From: Sedimentisphaerales bacterium
Lineage (GTDB): Bacteria > Planctomycetota > Phycisphaerae > Sedimentisphaerales > SM23-30
Length of the DNA: 64,000 nucleotides
Direction: 5' to 3' (one strand)
Assembly (NCBI GenBank): GCA_963666285.1
Contig: OY762711.1
Shown: piece after piece, positions 10,095 to 20,270 of the stretch
How the letters are laid out: each line of letters starts with the position of its first letter
Numbering within the stretch: position 1 is the stretch's first letter
The notes under the pieces: model-generated
Told to the model about the DNA's origin: nothing
What the model saw: only the letters and a program-made list of their open reading frames with translations
Database searches by the model: none
Program-made: the position numbers and the translations under genes

Positions 10095-10745
10095 ATGAAA
10101 TTTTCACAAATGATGTTAATATTGATATTGACTGTTAACATATCTTACGGGAGTATTTCTGATGCTAATGGGTTAACCAGTGATGGAATAATATCAGATG
10201 GTGAATATGGTACTAATGTACAGGTAAGTGAAGACAGTATTTTAACTTTTACAGGAGGAGGATCAAATGTTGTTGAACTTGGAGACTATTCTCATTTAGA
10301 GGTTATTTCAACTAAAACACCATTATCAGGCTACTATGAGGGGGGGGGTGGGATTTATAACATTACTTCTAATGATAACAGCACTGTTACTTTTTCCGGT
10401 GGTGTTGCCAACTATATTTATGTCCAAAAAGATGCAGCAGCAATCATCAATGGCGGACAGGTCAATCTGATTAGAAGTATTCAAAAACCTACTGCCGGCG
10501 AAACAATTACAATTGAATGCTGCGAGGGTTGGTCCTGGCTTTATGATAACGAAGGAGAAATCAACGGCATTACCGGGCAGTGGTATAAGTACGGCAATGA
10601 CGAATTTTCGATAAAATTCCTAAACGATACCATACAATACAAATATCCAGATACTTATACTCATGTAAAGGTTGTTACCCCTGAACCCGCAACTATCGTT
10701 CTGCTTACTCTGGGCGGAGTGATAATGAAAAGACGATGTGTATAA
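10095..10745 (+). CDS. PEP-CTERM surface protein, array copy 2
   Basis: Start moved to the ATG after RBS CAGGAGA (MKFSQMML); PEP-CTERM tail. Confidence 0.9.
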   Translation: MKFSQMMLILILTVNISYGSISDANGLTSDGIISDGEYGTNVQVSEDSILTFTGGGSNVVELGDYSHLEVISTKTPLSGYYEGGGGIYNITSNDNSTVTFSGGVANYIYVQKDAAAIINGGQVNLIRSIQKPTAGETITIECCEGWSWLYDNEGEINGITGQWYKYGNDEFSIKFLNDTIQYKYPDTYTHVKVVTPEPATIVLLTLGGVIMKRRCV

Positions 10746-10768
10746 TTCTCTTAATCACAGGAGAAAAA

Positions 10769-11416
10769 ATGAAATTTTCACAAATGATGTTAATACTGGC
10801 ATTGGTTAATATCTCATATGGAAGTATTTACGATTCAAATGGTCTTGCAAGCGATGGAATAATTTCTGATGGTGAATATGGCACTAATGTACAGGTAAGC
10901 GAAGACAGTATTTTAACAGTAACTGGCGGAGGAGCTGAACAGATTAGACTATTTGATAATTCTCATTTAGAAATCATTTCAACCAAAACACCATTATCAG
11001 ACTACTACGAAGGCGGAGGTGGAATATATTATATTACTCCCAGCGATAACAGCACTGTTACTTTTTCTGGTGGTATAGCCAACTATATTTATGTCCTAAA
11101 AGATGCAGCAGCAATCATCAATGGCGGACAGGTCAATCTGATTAGAAGTATTCAAAAACCTACTGCCGGCGAAACTATTACAATTGAATGCCGCGAGGGC
11201 TGGTCCTGGCTTTACGATAACGAAGGAGAAATCAACGGCATTGCCGGGCAATGGTATAAGTACGGCAATGACGAATTTTCGATAAAATTCCTAAATGATA
11301 CTATTGTATATTCATTCCCCGACACCTGGACTCATGTAAAGGTTGTTACCCCTGAACCTGCAACTATCGTTCTCCTTACTCTGGGCGGAGTGATAATGAA
11401 AAGACGATGTGTATAA
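10769..11416 (+). CDS. PEP-CTERM surface protein, array copy 3
   Basis: Same RBS, signal peptide and PEP-CTERM layout. Confidence 0.9.
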   Translation: MKFSQMMLILALVNISYGSIYDSNGLASDGIISDGEYGTNVQVSEDSILTVTGGGAEQIRLFDNSHLEIISTKTPLSDYYEGGGGIYYITPSDNSTVTFSGGIANYIYVLKDAAAIINGGQVNLIRSIQKPTAGETITIECREGWSWLYDNEGEINGIAGQWYKYGNDEFSIKFLNDTIVYSFPDTWTHVKVVTPEPATIVLLTLGGVIMKRRCV

Positions 11417-11439
11417 TTCTCTTAATCACAGGAGAAAAA

Positions 11440-12081
11440 ATGAAATTTTTACAAATGATGTTAATATTGATATTGACTGTTAACGTATCTTACGGGAGTA
11501 TTTCTGATACAAATGGTTTTGCCAACGATGGTTTGTTAGTGAATAATGAATATGGTTCTAATGTACAGGTCAGTGAAGACAGTATTTTGACAGTGTCTGG
11601 CGGAGGAGCTGAACAGATTAGGCTATTTGACTATTCTCACTTAGTAGTCACTTCAACATCTCAACCGTTTATCGAGTATGAAAGTGGATTGTCATGGGTT
11701 GTTCCTAGCGACAACAGCACTGTTACTTTTTCCGGTGGTGTTGCCAACTATATTTATGTCCAAAAAGATGCAGCAGCAATCATCAATGGCGGACAGGTCA
11801 ATCTGATTAGAAGTATTCAAAAACCTACTGCCGGCGAAACAATTACAATTGAATGCTGCGAGGGTTGGTCCTGGCTTTATGATAACGAAGGAGAAATCAA
11901 CGGCATTACCGGGCAGTGGTATAAGTACGGCAATGACGAATTTTCGATAAAATTCCTAAACGATACCATACAATACAAATATCCAGATACTTATACTCAT
12001 GTAAAGGTTGTTACCCCTGAACCCGCAACTATCGTTCTGCTTACTCTGGGCGGAGTGATAATGAAAAGACGATGTGTATAA
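11440..12081 (+). CDS. PEP-CTERM surface protein, array copy 4
   Basis: Same layout; most divergent N-terminal half. Confidence 0.9.
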   Translation: MKFLQMMLILILTVNVSYGSISDTNGFANDGLLVNNEYGSNVQVSEDSILTVSGGGAEQIRLFDYSHLVVTSTSQPFIEYESGLSWVVPSDNSTVTFSGGVANYIYVQKDAAAIINGGQVNLIRSIQKPTAGETITIECCEGWSWLYDNEGEINGITGQWYKYGNDEFSIKFLNDTIQYKYPDTYTHVKVVTPEPATIVLLTLGGVIMKRRCV

Positions 12082-12104
12082 TTCTCTTAATCACAGGAGA
12101 AAAA

Positions 12105-12755
12105 ATGAAATTTTCACAAATGATGTTAATACTGGCATTGGTTAATATCTCATATGGAAGTATTTACGATTCAAATGGTCTTGCAAGCGATGGAATAATT
12201 TCTGATGGTGAATATGGCACTAATGTACAGGTAAGCGAAGACAGTATTTTAACAGTAACTGGCGGAGGAGCTGAACAGATTAGACTATTTGATAATTCTC
12301 ATTTAGAAATCATTTCAACCAAAACACCATTATCAGACTACTACGAAGGCGGAGGTGGAATATATTATATTACTCCCAGCGATAACAGCACTGTTACTTT
12401 TTCTGGTGGTATAGCCAACTATATTTATGTCCTAAAAGATGCAGCAGCAATCATCAATGGCGGACAGGTCAATCTGATTAGAAGTATTCAAAAACCTACT
12501 GTTGGCGAAACAATTACAATTGAATGCTGCGAGGGTTGGTCCTGGCTTTACGATAACGAAGGAGAAATCAACGGCATTACAGGGCAGTGGTATAAGTACG
12601 GCAATGACGAATTTTCGATAAAATTCCTAAACGATACCATACAATACAAATATCCAGATACTTATACTCATGTAAAGGTTGTTACCCCTGAACCTGCAAC
12701 TATCGCTCTGCTTACCCTGTGTGGTTTGCTTGCCAAAAGAAATAGACAGTTCTGA
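12105..12755 (+). CDS. PEP-CTERM surface protein, array copy 5
   Basis: Same layout; distinct tail TPEPATIALLTLCGLLAKRNRQF. Confidence 0.9.
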   Translation: MKFSQMMLILALVNISYGSIYDSNGLASDGIISDGEYGTNVQVSEDSILTVTGGGAEQIRLFDNSHLEIISTKTPLSDYYEGGGGIYYITPSDNSTVTFSGGIANYIYVLKDAAAIINGGQVNLIRSIQKPTVGETITIECCEGWSWLYDNEGEINGITGQWYKYGNDEFSIKFLNDTIQYKYPDTYTHVKVVTPEPATIALLTLCGLLAKRNRQF

Positions 12756-13053
12756 TTCCATAATTCCACAACAATATAACTTGCAAACGCTGGACGAATT
12801 TATAATCGCCCGGCGTTTTTTTTCAACAAACACCTGAATGGGCCTTCCTGTTGCCTGTGTTATTAAAAAAGCTTGGTCCGCGTTGCAATGGCAAAATATA
12901 TCGATTATACCGCCTGATATAATCGTATCAGTCAGGCATCTAAGGTCATCCTGATAATATCAATAATTCTTAACAATTATATGTATTCCTTCACTTTAAA
13001 TATTACACTTTCCCTATATTGTCCACCTGTTCTGACCGATAATTGTCAATGGT

Positions 13054-16000
13054 GTGATAAGTAAAGCGATAATGGATGAATATATATACCTTAATGAGGT
13101 TGAGAGAGAATTGAAAAGAGCTAGAGGACCAAAAAGAATAACCGGGCTGTTATTCTGTTTTCTGATTATTATTTTTGTCAGTGATGCACGTGCAATTATT
13201 CGTCATCCGGACGATGGCGGCGGCAATCCGTTTGCCCATCCATCTGACAATATTATCGGAAAATGGGGATCGAACGCTTCTTGTGTTGCGATTGCGCCCG
13301 ATCTTGTTATTACCACCTGTCATCAGGGCGGTGGGGTCGGCACTTATGTCTCTATTGCCGGCGGCAGCTATCGTGTATCTGCTGTTTACCAGGCAACCTA
13401 TGATGGTACCGACCTCGATATGAGAATCGCCCAGCTCACCGGTGCCTCTCTTACCGAATACGTTGAAATCTATACCGGATCTATAGACTCTCTGCTCAAT
13501 GCCGAACTTACTATTGGCGGATGGGGTAAAGACCGTGGTGATACCATTGAATATGGTGGTAAGCCCTGTGAATATTATTGGGCGAGCCAGAGAAGTGATT
13601 CTTTGCAGTGGTGTACCAATATATGCCATAGATTTACGCCGTTGACAGGTATTGATTATCTCGTCTGCGATTTTGACGGTCCGGACCCGACAATCGATGA
13701 TCCGGCGACAACTTACGAAGGCATTATTGCCGAGTATGATTCCGGCGGCGGATGGTTTGTTTATAGCAATGGCTGGAAGCTCGTCGCTCTATCTGCACGG
13801 GTTGAAAGAGCTGATAAAGCCAGGTTCCGCAGGTATTATCTCGAACAGTTTGTAGCTGACCCTGACGATTTCAAAGGGCCGAATGTTACTGTTGTTGCTG
13901 ACTGGATTGATGGCTATGTTCAGCAGCATCTGCCAAACAGTGGTCCGTACCTTACTTCGCCGTCCAACTATACCGTAACTGCCGGCAGCAGGCTAAGCTT
14001 TAACCTGTATCTAAGTGATGCCGAAGGTGATGGCTTTTCTGTTGCTTGCGATAGCAAACCAACCGGCTCTGCTTTTGATTCTTCCAGCAAGACGTTTTCA
14101 TGGGAGCCGGACTACGGTTCTGAAGGCAGTTATTCTGCCGGATTTACCGCAACTGATGATAGGGGCAAATCGACTAGTTTTGATATCGCTATTACCGTAC
14201 AGCGTGGCAACCGCTCACCGGAACTAGACTCTGTAAGCAACCAGGCAGTTACCGAAACGGGAAATCTGTCATTTAGCGTATCAGCCTCTGACCCGGATGG
14301 TGATACCATTTCTTATAGCTTAAACAATGCGCCGTCCGGCATGCAGATCAACAGCAGCACCGGCGCTGTCAGCTGGCTGACGGATTATAGTGATGCCGGT
14401 TCGTATTCTATAACAATAATAGCTTCAGACGGTTCGCTTTCAGACTCACAGTTAATAACTGTTACTGTAAATAATAAAAATCGCGATCCGCAAATTTCCG
14501 TTTCCGGTGATACCACCCCGAAATTTACCGATGGGCTAAACTTGACTGTTAATACTTCAGATCCGGATAATGACGGACTTACTGTCAGCGTAAACAATTT
14601 ACCCACTGGTGCGGTTTTCAACTCATCTACCGGTAAGATCACTTGGGCTACCGACAAAGATGATATGGGTGATTATAGCTTTACCGTCAATGTTTCCGAC
14701 GGCCAGGCAAATATCAGCAGCAATATTAGTTTTACCATTGCCGACGATCCGGATTATGTCGAAAACTACCCGCCGGTATTGTCTCCGCTTAACGAAGTCT
14801 CTGCCGATGAAGGCACTCTTGTTACCTTCACTGCCCAGGCTTCCGACCAGAATGGTGATACCATTACTTACAGCTTGAGCGGCGCACCGTCCGGCATGCA
14901 GATCAACAGCAGTACCGGCACAGTTACATGGTCAACCGACTACTCCGATGCCGGTTCCTATACCATAACTGTTATCGCCTCTGACGGTTTGCTTTCAGAC
15001 AGTCAGCAGGTTGCTGTAACCATAAACAACAAAAATCGCAGCCCGGAAATATCTGTTACAGGCAATACCGCTCCAAAATTCACGGCTGGACTTTCTCTTT
15101 CTGTAAATACCACAGATCCGGATAATGATGCTCTAACCATAACTGTTGAAAACCTGCCGACTGGAGCGCTGTTTAACTCTTCAACCGGCATGATCACCTG
15201 GTCAACTGATAAGGATGATGTCGGTCAGTATAGTATCAGGGTTACGGCTTCTGATAGTCAGGAAAATGCGATAAGCACAATAGTTGTTACTATTGCTGAC
15301 GATCCTGATTATGTTGAAAACCATAATCCTGTTATGGCTGCAATCAGTGATATAGCTGCTGATGAAGGTACTCTTTTTACCTTTACTGCCCAGGCTTCAG
15401 ACCCGGATGGCGACACCATAATATACAGCTTAGCCAATACCCCGTCCGGCATGCAGATCAACAGCAGTACCGGCACAGTTACATGGTTAACCGGCTACTC
15501 TGATGCCGGTTCCTATACCATAACTGTTATCGCCTCTGACAGCTCGCTTTCAGACAGTCAGCAGGTTGCTGTAACCATAAACAACAAAAATCGCAGCCCG
15601 GAAATATCTGTTTCCGGCAATACCGGTCCGCTGTTCACTGCCGGTCTTGAATTGACCGTTTCCATCACCGACCCGGATGGCGATGATGTTACTGTCTCTG
15701 TTGATGATCTGCCAACTGGTGCCAAATACAACAAGGCAAGTGGCATTATCAGCTGGACAACTGAATTTGAAGATATTGGCCAATACACAATAATTGTATC
15801 TGCCTCGGACGGCGAAACTGATGTTAACAAAAGTGTTACTATTACCATCGCCGATGACCCTGCATATGTCGATAATGACCCTCCGGTAATCGTTCCGGTT
15901 GATTCTATCTCTGTTAATGAAGGTGAGACTATCGCTTTTGCCTTACAGGTAAGCGATCCGGATGGCGATTCGCTCACTGTCAATGTCAGTAACCTCCCGA

Positions 16001-18336
16001 ACGGTGCTGTTTTTGTTAACAATACATTTACCTGGCTGACCGGGGCTGATGATATTGGCAACTATTCGCTGTTGTTTACTGTCTCTGATGGTATTGACAC
16101 TGCGTCAATGACGGTTTATATGGAAATAAAAGACGTTAACTATTCTCCGTCTGCTAAAGTTACAGGCAGCACCAAGGCCATAGCCGGTGAACCGATCTCG
16201 CTTGTTATCGAGGCGAGTGACCCAGACGGCGATGTGTTAACTTATTCGCTTAAAGCCGCCCCGAAAACTATGGCTATTAGCGGCGCTAATATCAACTGGA
16301 ATACTTCCGAAGATGATGACGGTACCTATAAATTTACAGTTATCGTTTCTGACGGTCAGGACAATGTGTCGGTTCCTGTTACCATAACTCTGATATCAGC
16401 TGACCAGGACAGGGAATCGCCGTTTATCGTCTCAACTTATCCGGCTGACGGCAATATCCAGATTCCGCTGAATCCGCTTATTACTATTACCCTTGCCGAT
16501 TATGGTGATGGTATTGACTATGAAACTGTCAGTATAACGATAGATGGCGAAGACATCTTGGCCGGTTCTTCCATTTCTTCTGTTGCCGATGATTCCGACC
16601 AGGTATTATACAGCTCTCAATCAAGCAAGGTTGTTCGTACCGGAAACTCTTCTAGATACACCTACCAGTATCAGGCCGAGGATATGTTCGATTACGACTA
16701 CAGCCCGGAAGTTATTGTCAGTGCCAAAGACCTCAACGGCAACCAGATGCCGCCGTATAGTTTCAGCTTTACTACCGAAATGTTCAGTATGGCCGCGGCA
16801 ATACCCGTAGATGAAGCCAAATCCGTTACTGGCAGCGAATATCAATGCGATCCGGTTATCTCAATCGGCCAGAATGATATCGTCTGGTCAGCATGGTGTG
16901 AAGGACCTTCTGCTAGCAGGGCGATTCAGTTCGCTCCTTATTATAACAATACCGGCCAATTCGATACTGCCCGGACTATCACCGGCACTGCTGATATGGC
17001 ATCCGTTGATATTGCGGTGGACGATTCTGGACGATTGTATTTCGTCTGGCAGGATAACTCCGCCGGTAACTGGGATATCTACGCCGCTCGCAGTAGTGAC
17101 GGTATTACACTTGATATCGAAACCGCAGTTGTCGAAGGTGAAGAAGATCAGACTGCACCTGTTATAACTATTGGTGAAAACGGTCGGCTGTATGTCGCTT
17201 ATGTGGTAGAACGAAAGACCGGCAGGGATATTTATCTTTCCGAGCTGGACGACAGTCTCAGTTTTATCTCAGAATCTGCCGTCTGCTCCTATTCCGGCCA
17301 ACAGGACAATCCTGTCATAGCTTCCGGCCCTGACGGCGATATTCATATCGCCTGGGAAGACTATCGCGATGGCAATTGTGCCGTATATGCAGCTTCGCTT
17401 AACAACAGCTTTACTAATTACATAATTGCAGCAAACTCAGACCAGCCTGATATTGTTACCGACAGCAGCGGTAAATACCTCCACACCGCATGGCGATCAA
17501 ACGATGATATCTTCTATAGCAAGATAGCACTTCCGCTTTCCGGTAAGGCTGTTACAGCTGTTAACGTGATTGACGACAGTACCTTGGCTGCCCAGTCCGG
17601 TCCGTCTATATGCCATTATAGTGACGACAAAAAATCCCGGACGCTTGTCTCGTGGACCGACGCTCGCAATGCCGCTGATAATAACGATTATGATATTTAT
17701 TTCGCATCTGTTGACAAGGCTTCTATGACCAATATACTGGCTACTGTCGATACCAATCTGGATTGTCAGTCTGCTTCGGCTATTGCTTCCGGCAGCTCCG
17801 GCACTCCATATGTCCTTTTCCAGGAACTATCCGATTCCGGTCGACAGATACAGATGGCGTCAGCAACTCTGGTCGAAGCTACTCTAAGCAGGATGAACGT
17901 AACTGCCGCAGACGGTGGCTGTGTCGGCATACCGCTCGAAATGGTTGACAGTGTTGACGATGTCTCTATTACCGTCCCGCAAAACGCGCTCAGCAGCGAT
18001 ATCGAAATGACTATCTCGCGTGTTAGTAACCCGCCTAGTGACGGCCAGGGCGTAACCAGCCTGTTCAGCTACGATTTCGGCCCGTCCAGTACCCGCGAGT
18101 TCCGCAAGCCGCTAACTGTGGTTATACCATATCCCAAACAGATTGGCGGCACAGAAGTTACCGTTTACTGGTACAACCCCCAGACCGGTTCTTACTCACA
18201 AACCGGCATGTCCGGCATAGAAACGCTAAATATCAACAGCGAGCTCAACGCTGTACGGTTCAATACCACCCATTTCTCTCAATATTCGGTCTCGTCGAAT
18301 TTTGTACCGTGGATTACCAGCAGTTTAGCGGAATAA
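13054..18336 (+). CDS. Large secreted protein: trypsin-like (S1) domain, tandem cadherin/He_PIG-like Ig repeats, propeller-like region, ZU5-like C-terminus
   Basis: Putative triad LVITTCH / DLDMRIAQL / YDSGGGW; many ASDPDGD..YSL..APSGMQINSSTG..W repeats; C-terminal SITVPQNAL..YDFGPS..F.KPLTVVIPY..HFSQY. The true start may lie downstream of 13054. Confidence 0.8.
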   Translation: MISKAIMDEYIYLNEVERELKRARGPKRITGLLFCFLIIIFVSDARAIIRHPDDGGGNPFAHPSDNIIGKWGSNASCVAIAPDLVITTCHQGGGVGTYVSIAGGSYRVSAVYQATYDGTDLDMRIAQLTGASLTEYVEIYTGSIDSLLNAELTIGGWGKDRGDTIEYGGKPCEYYWASQRSDSLQWCTNICHRFTPLTGIDYLVCDFDGPDPTIDDPATTYEGIIAEYDSGGGWFVYSNGWKLVALSARVERADKARFRRYYLEQFVADPDDFKGPNVTVVADWIDGYVQQHLPNSGPYLTSPSNYTVTAGSRLSFNLYLSDAEGDGFSVACDSKPTGSAFDSSSKTFSWEPDYGSEGSYSAGFTATDDRGKSTSFDIAITVQRGNRSPELDSVSNQAVTETGNLSFSVSASDPDGDTISYSLNNAPSGMQINSSTGAVSWLTDYSDAGSYSITIIASDGSLSDSQLITVTVNNKNRDPQISVSGDTTPKFTDGLNLTVNTSDPDNDGLTVSVNNLPTGAVFNSSTGKITWATDKDDMGDYSFTVNVSDGQANISSNISFTIADDPDYVENYPPVLSPLNEVSADEGTLVTFTAQASDQNGDTITYSLSGAPSGMQINSSTGTVTWSTDYSDAGSYTITVIASDGLLSDSQQVAVTINNKNRSPEISVTGNTAPKFTAGLSLSVNTTDPDNDALTITVENLPTGALFNSSTGMITWSTDKDDVGQYSIRVTASDSQENAISTIVVTIADDPDYVENHNPVMAAISDIAADEGTLFTFTAQASDPDGDTIIYSLANTPSGMQINSSTGTVTWLTGYSDAGSYTITVIASDSSLSDSQQVAVTINNKNRSPEISVSGNTGPLFTAGLELTVSITDPDGDDVTVSVDDLPTGAKYNKASGIISWTTEFEDIGQYTIIVSASDGETDVNKSVTITIADDPAYVDNDPPVIVPVDSISVNEGETIAFALQVSDPDGDSLTVNVSNLPNGAVFVNNTFTWLTGADDIGNYSLLFTVSDGIDTASMTVYMEIKDVNYSPSAKVTGSTKAIAGEPISLVIEASDPDGDVLTYSLKAAPKTMAISGANINWNTSEDDDGTYKFTVIVSDGQDNVSVPVTITLISADQDRESPFIVSTYPADGNIQIPLNPLITITLADYGDGIDYETVSITIDGEDILAGSSISSVADDSDQVLYSSQSSKVVRTGNSSRYTYQYQAEDMFDYDYSPEVIVSAKDLNGNQMPPYSFSFTTEMFSMAAAIPVDEAKSVTGSEYQCDPVISIGQNDIVWSAWCEGPSASRAIQFAPYYNNTGQFDTARTITGTADMASVDIAVDDSGRLYFVWQDNSAGNWDIYAARSSDGITLDIETAVVEGEEDQTAPVITIGENGRLYVAYVVERKTGRDIYLSELDDSLSFISESAVCSYSGQQDNPVIASGPDGDIHIAWEDYRDGNCAVYAASLNNSFTNYIIAANSDQPDIVTDSSGKYLHTAWRSNDDIFYSKIALPLSGKAVTAVNVIDDSTLAAQSGPSICHYSDDKKSRTLVSWTDARNAADNNDYDIYFASVDKASMTNILATVDTNLDCQSASAIASGSSGTPYVLFQELSDSGRQIQMASATLVEATLSRMNVTAADGGCVGIPLEMVDSVDDVSITVPQNALSSDIEMTISRVSNPPSDGQGVTSLFSYDFGPSSTREFRKPLTVVIPYPKQIGGTEVTVYWYNPQTGSYSQTGMSGIETLNINSELNAVRFNTTHFSQYSVSSNFVPWITSSLAE

Positions 18337-18478
18337 TATTGTTTTAATATGGTTTACTTCTGACCGGTTCTGTACTACTATCCATTATATTCTTGTTTTT
18401 TTATGTGTTGTCTTACCAATACCATTCATAAGTAATTGCAACTTTAAATATAATAGCAGTTTCAAACTGAACGAACAT

Positions 18479-18523
18479 TTTTTATTTTATACTTTACACT
18501 TTCTTAGGAGCGTCCGTCCTAAG
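18479..18523 (+). repeat. Dispersed heptamer-tract plus hairpin element, copy 1
   Basis: TTTTTATTTTATACTTTACACTTTCTTAGG matches 29041-29070 at 29/30 nt; followed by a CTTAGG..CCTAAG stem. Confidence 0.7.
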
Positions 18524-18611
18524 TGTACTTGCATGGCGAATGTATTTGCGTTATAATTTCTCCTTGTGCTTTATTTTTTGGACGATTTCTTTATGCATAA
18601 GGATATGGCTT

Positions 18612-19607
18612 ATGAAAGCTTTTGCGTGCAATATATTGTTCGGTACTGTTATATTTCTTATTTTCCCCGCTTTGCTGTCTGGCTCAGAAAAACAGAATAT
18701 TGCGTTTGGCAAAGATTCTCGTCTCTGGCTTGATAACGGTGTAGTCAAGCTCGCGGTAGACAAGGATTACGGCGGTGCTATTATGTACGCATCTCCGTCA
18801 GACAGCAGCGAAAATATGATAAATATCCACGATCTCGGCCGCGAGATTCAGCAGTCGTATTATGCCGGCAAAGATTTCAACCGGCAGGATTCCGGCCAGA
18901 GCAAAAACTGGAGCCCGTGGCCCTGGAACCCTGTCCAGGCCGGAAACTGCGACCATGACAAATCCGTCATCCTGAACTTTGAAACCCAAAACGACAACTC
19001 CGTTATCTATGTCAAATGTCAGCCTCGGCTCTGGGATATGACCGAAGAAATTGCACAGTGTTATTTCCATCAATATATGCAGTTCGAAGAGGGGATGGAC
19101 AATGTCATTTGCGTCACCAATAAAATCGAATGTTTTCGGGACTCCGATGATCTCTGGACCGAATCTGCTTCACGAAGCCAGGAGCTGCCCGCCGTTTATC
19201 CTGTTCGAGATTTGAGCAGGCTCGTAATATACGACGGCGATAAACCTTGGCAAAACGAAAAGCTCACTAATGTTACCTATGGCCCCGATGATAAATGGAT
19301 TTGGGTCAGGCGCAAGCCCACCGAACCTTGGGCCGCATGTGTCAGCCCTGCAACTAATATTGGTCTAGGCGTATACAGTCCCGAAGGTTCCGGCAATACC
19401 TGGAATATGGGTTGGGTCGGTTCACCCAATGGCAAGGAAAAAGATGCTCCAACTATGCATTTCGCCCCGCTTAATAACTGGAAACTGGAAAGAGACAGCG
19501 TCAGGGAATATAAATACTGGATTATCATCGGCAAGCTTGACGATATACGTTCAAGAGTATACGAGCTTCACAAAAAATATCCGGCGAAAAAGGAAAAATC
19601 TGAATGA
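18612..19607 (+). CDS. Secreted hypothetical protein (possible mutarotase-like beta-sandwich)
   Basis: RBS AAGGA before ATG 18612; signal peptide; NIHDLGREIQQSYY, WPWNPVQAG. Confidence 0.7.
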   Translation: MKAFACNILFGTVIFLIFPALLSGSEKQNIAFGKDSRLWLDNGVVKLAVDKDYGGAIMYASPSDSSENMINIHDLGREIQQSYYAGKDFNRQDSGQSKNWSPWPWNPVQAGNCDHDKSVILNFETQNDNSVIYVKCQPRLWDMTEEIAQCYFHQYMQFEEGMDNVICVTNKIECFRDSDDLWTESASRSQELPAVYPVRDLSRLVIYDGDKPWQNEKLTNVTYGPDDKWIWVRRKPTEPWAACVSPATNIGLGVYSPEGSGNTWNMGWVGSPNGKEKDAPTMHFAPLNNWKLERDSVREYKYWIIIGKLDDIRSRVYELHKKYPAKKEKSE

Positions 19608-20101
19608 AAGATAAATTGAGCTTCAAAGACTGGTCTTACGTGACACTCTGCTGTCTCGGCGGTGCTTCTGTCGGTGGCTATTTCGGTAAGATGACAGGCG
19701 ATTTTTATGCTGAAGGGGATCTTGGGATAGATATCTTGAAGTATATCGGTTTAGTTGTCGGCATAATTGCCGGTATTGTCGCTGCCCGTTTGTTCGCTTT
19801 GTATATTTTTGAATGTAGAGGTGTGCAAAAAAACTTTATTGTCTGTTCTGCCACTGGCAAAGGGATCAAGTACGGCCTATTCTCAGCTCTGACGGTCCAT
19901 ATTGTTTCCATTATTTTTAGTTTTTTCATATTCTATAGAGTGAATTCTTTTTTACTGTTAGCTTTAATAATCGGTTCTGTTATTGGTATTGTTTCTGGCC
20001 TGTTTGCTGGTTTTTTGCTTGCTCTGCTCGCTTTGGCTTTTGGCTATCATCGACCCATGCTCCAAAAAACACTTTCCTTGGATGAAGTACTGTCAAACTG
20101 A
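19604..20101 (+). CDS. Hypothetical membrane protein (~4 TM)
   Basis: ATGA overlap with the upstream gene; Gly-rich hydrophobic helices. Confidence 0.7.
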   Translation: MKDKLSFKDWSYVTLCCLGGASVGGYFGKMTGDFYAEGDLGIDILKYIGLVVGIIAGIVAARLFALYIFECRGVQKNFIVCSATGKGIKYGLFSALTVHIVSIIFSFFIFYRVNSFLLLALIIGSVIGIVSGLFAGFLLALLALAFGYHRPMLQKTLSLDEVLSN

Positions 20102-20270
20102 CCATTGATTCGTAATTTCCAACCAACCCAACATGTCATTATATTATCAGAGCCGCGACCGGGAGAAAGCGGGACATTCGGCGAAGCCGTTTAAACAAGG
20201 TTGCGCAGCAACACCACTCTTCACTTCTTCCCTTGCCGTTTTTCCACTTTTCCGCTATAATAACAAACTT

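Larger units (their letters stand above)
10377..12501 (+). repeat. ~789-bp apparently identical direct repeat (10377-11165 and 11713-12501)
   Basis: Manual alignment at offset 1336 showed no mismatch from aacagcactgttac through aaaacctactg. The repeat spans a gene boundary. Confidence 0.85.

Noticed and set aside
9424..12755. PEP-CTERM array as a CRISPR array or DGR target
   Set aside because: The units are ~670-bp intact genes rather than short repeat-spacers. There is no reverse transcriptase or template repeat in the window, and the differences include indels and non-adenine changes.
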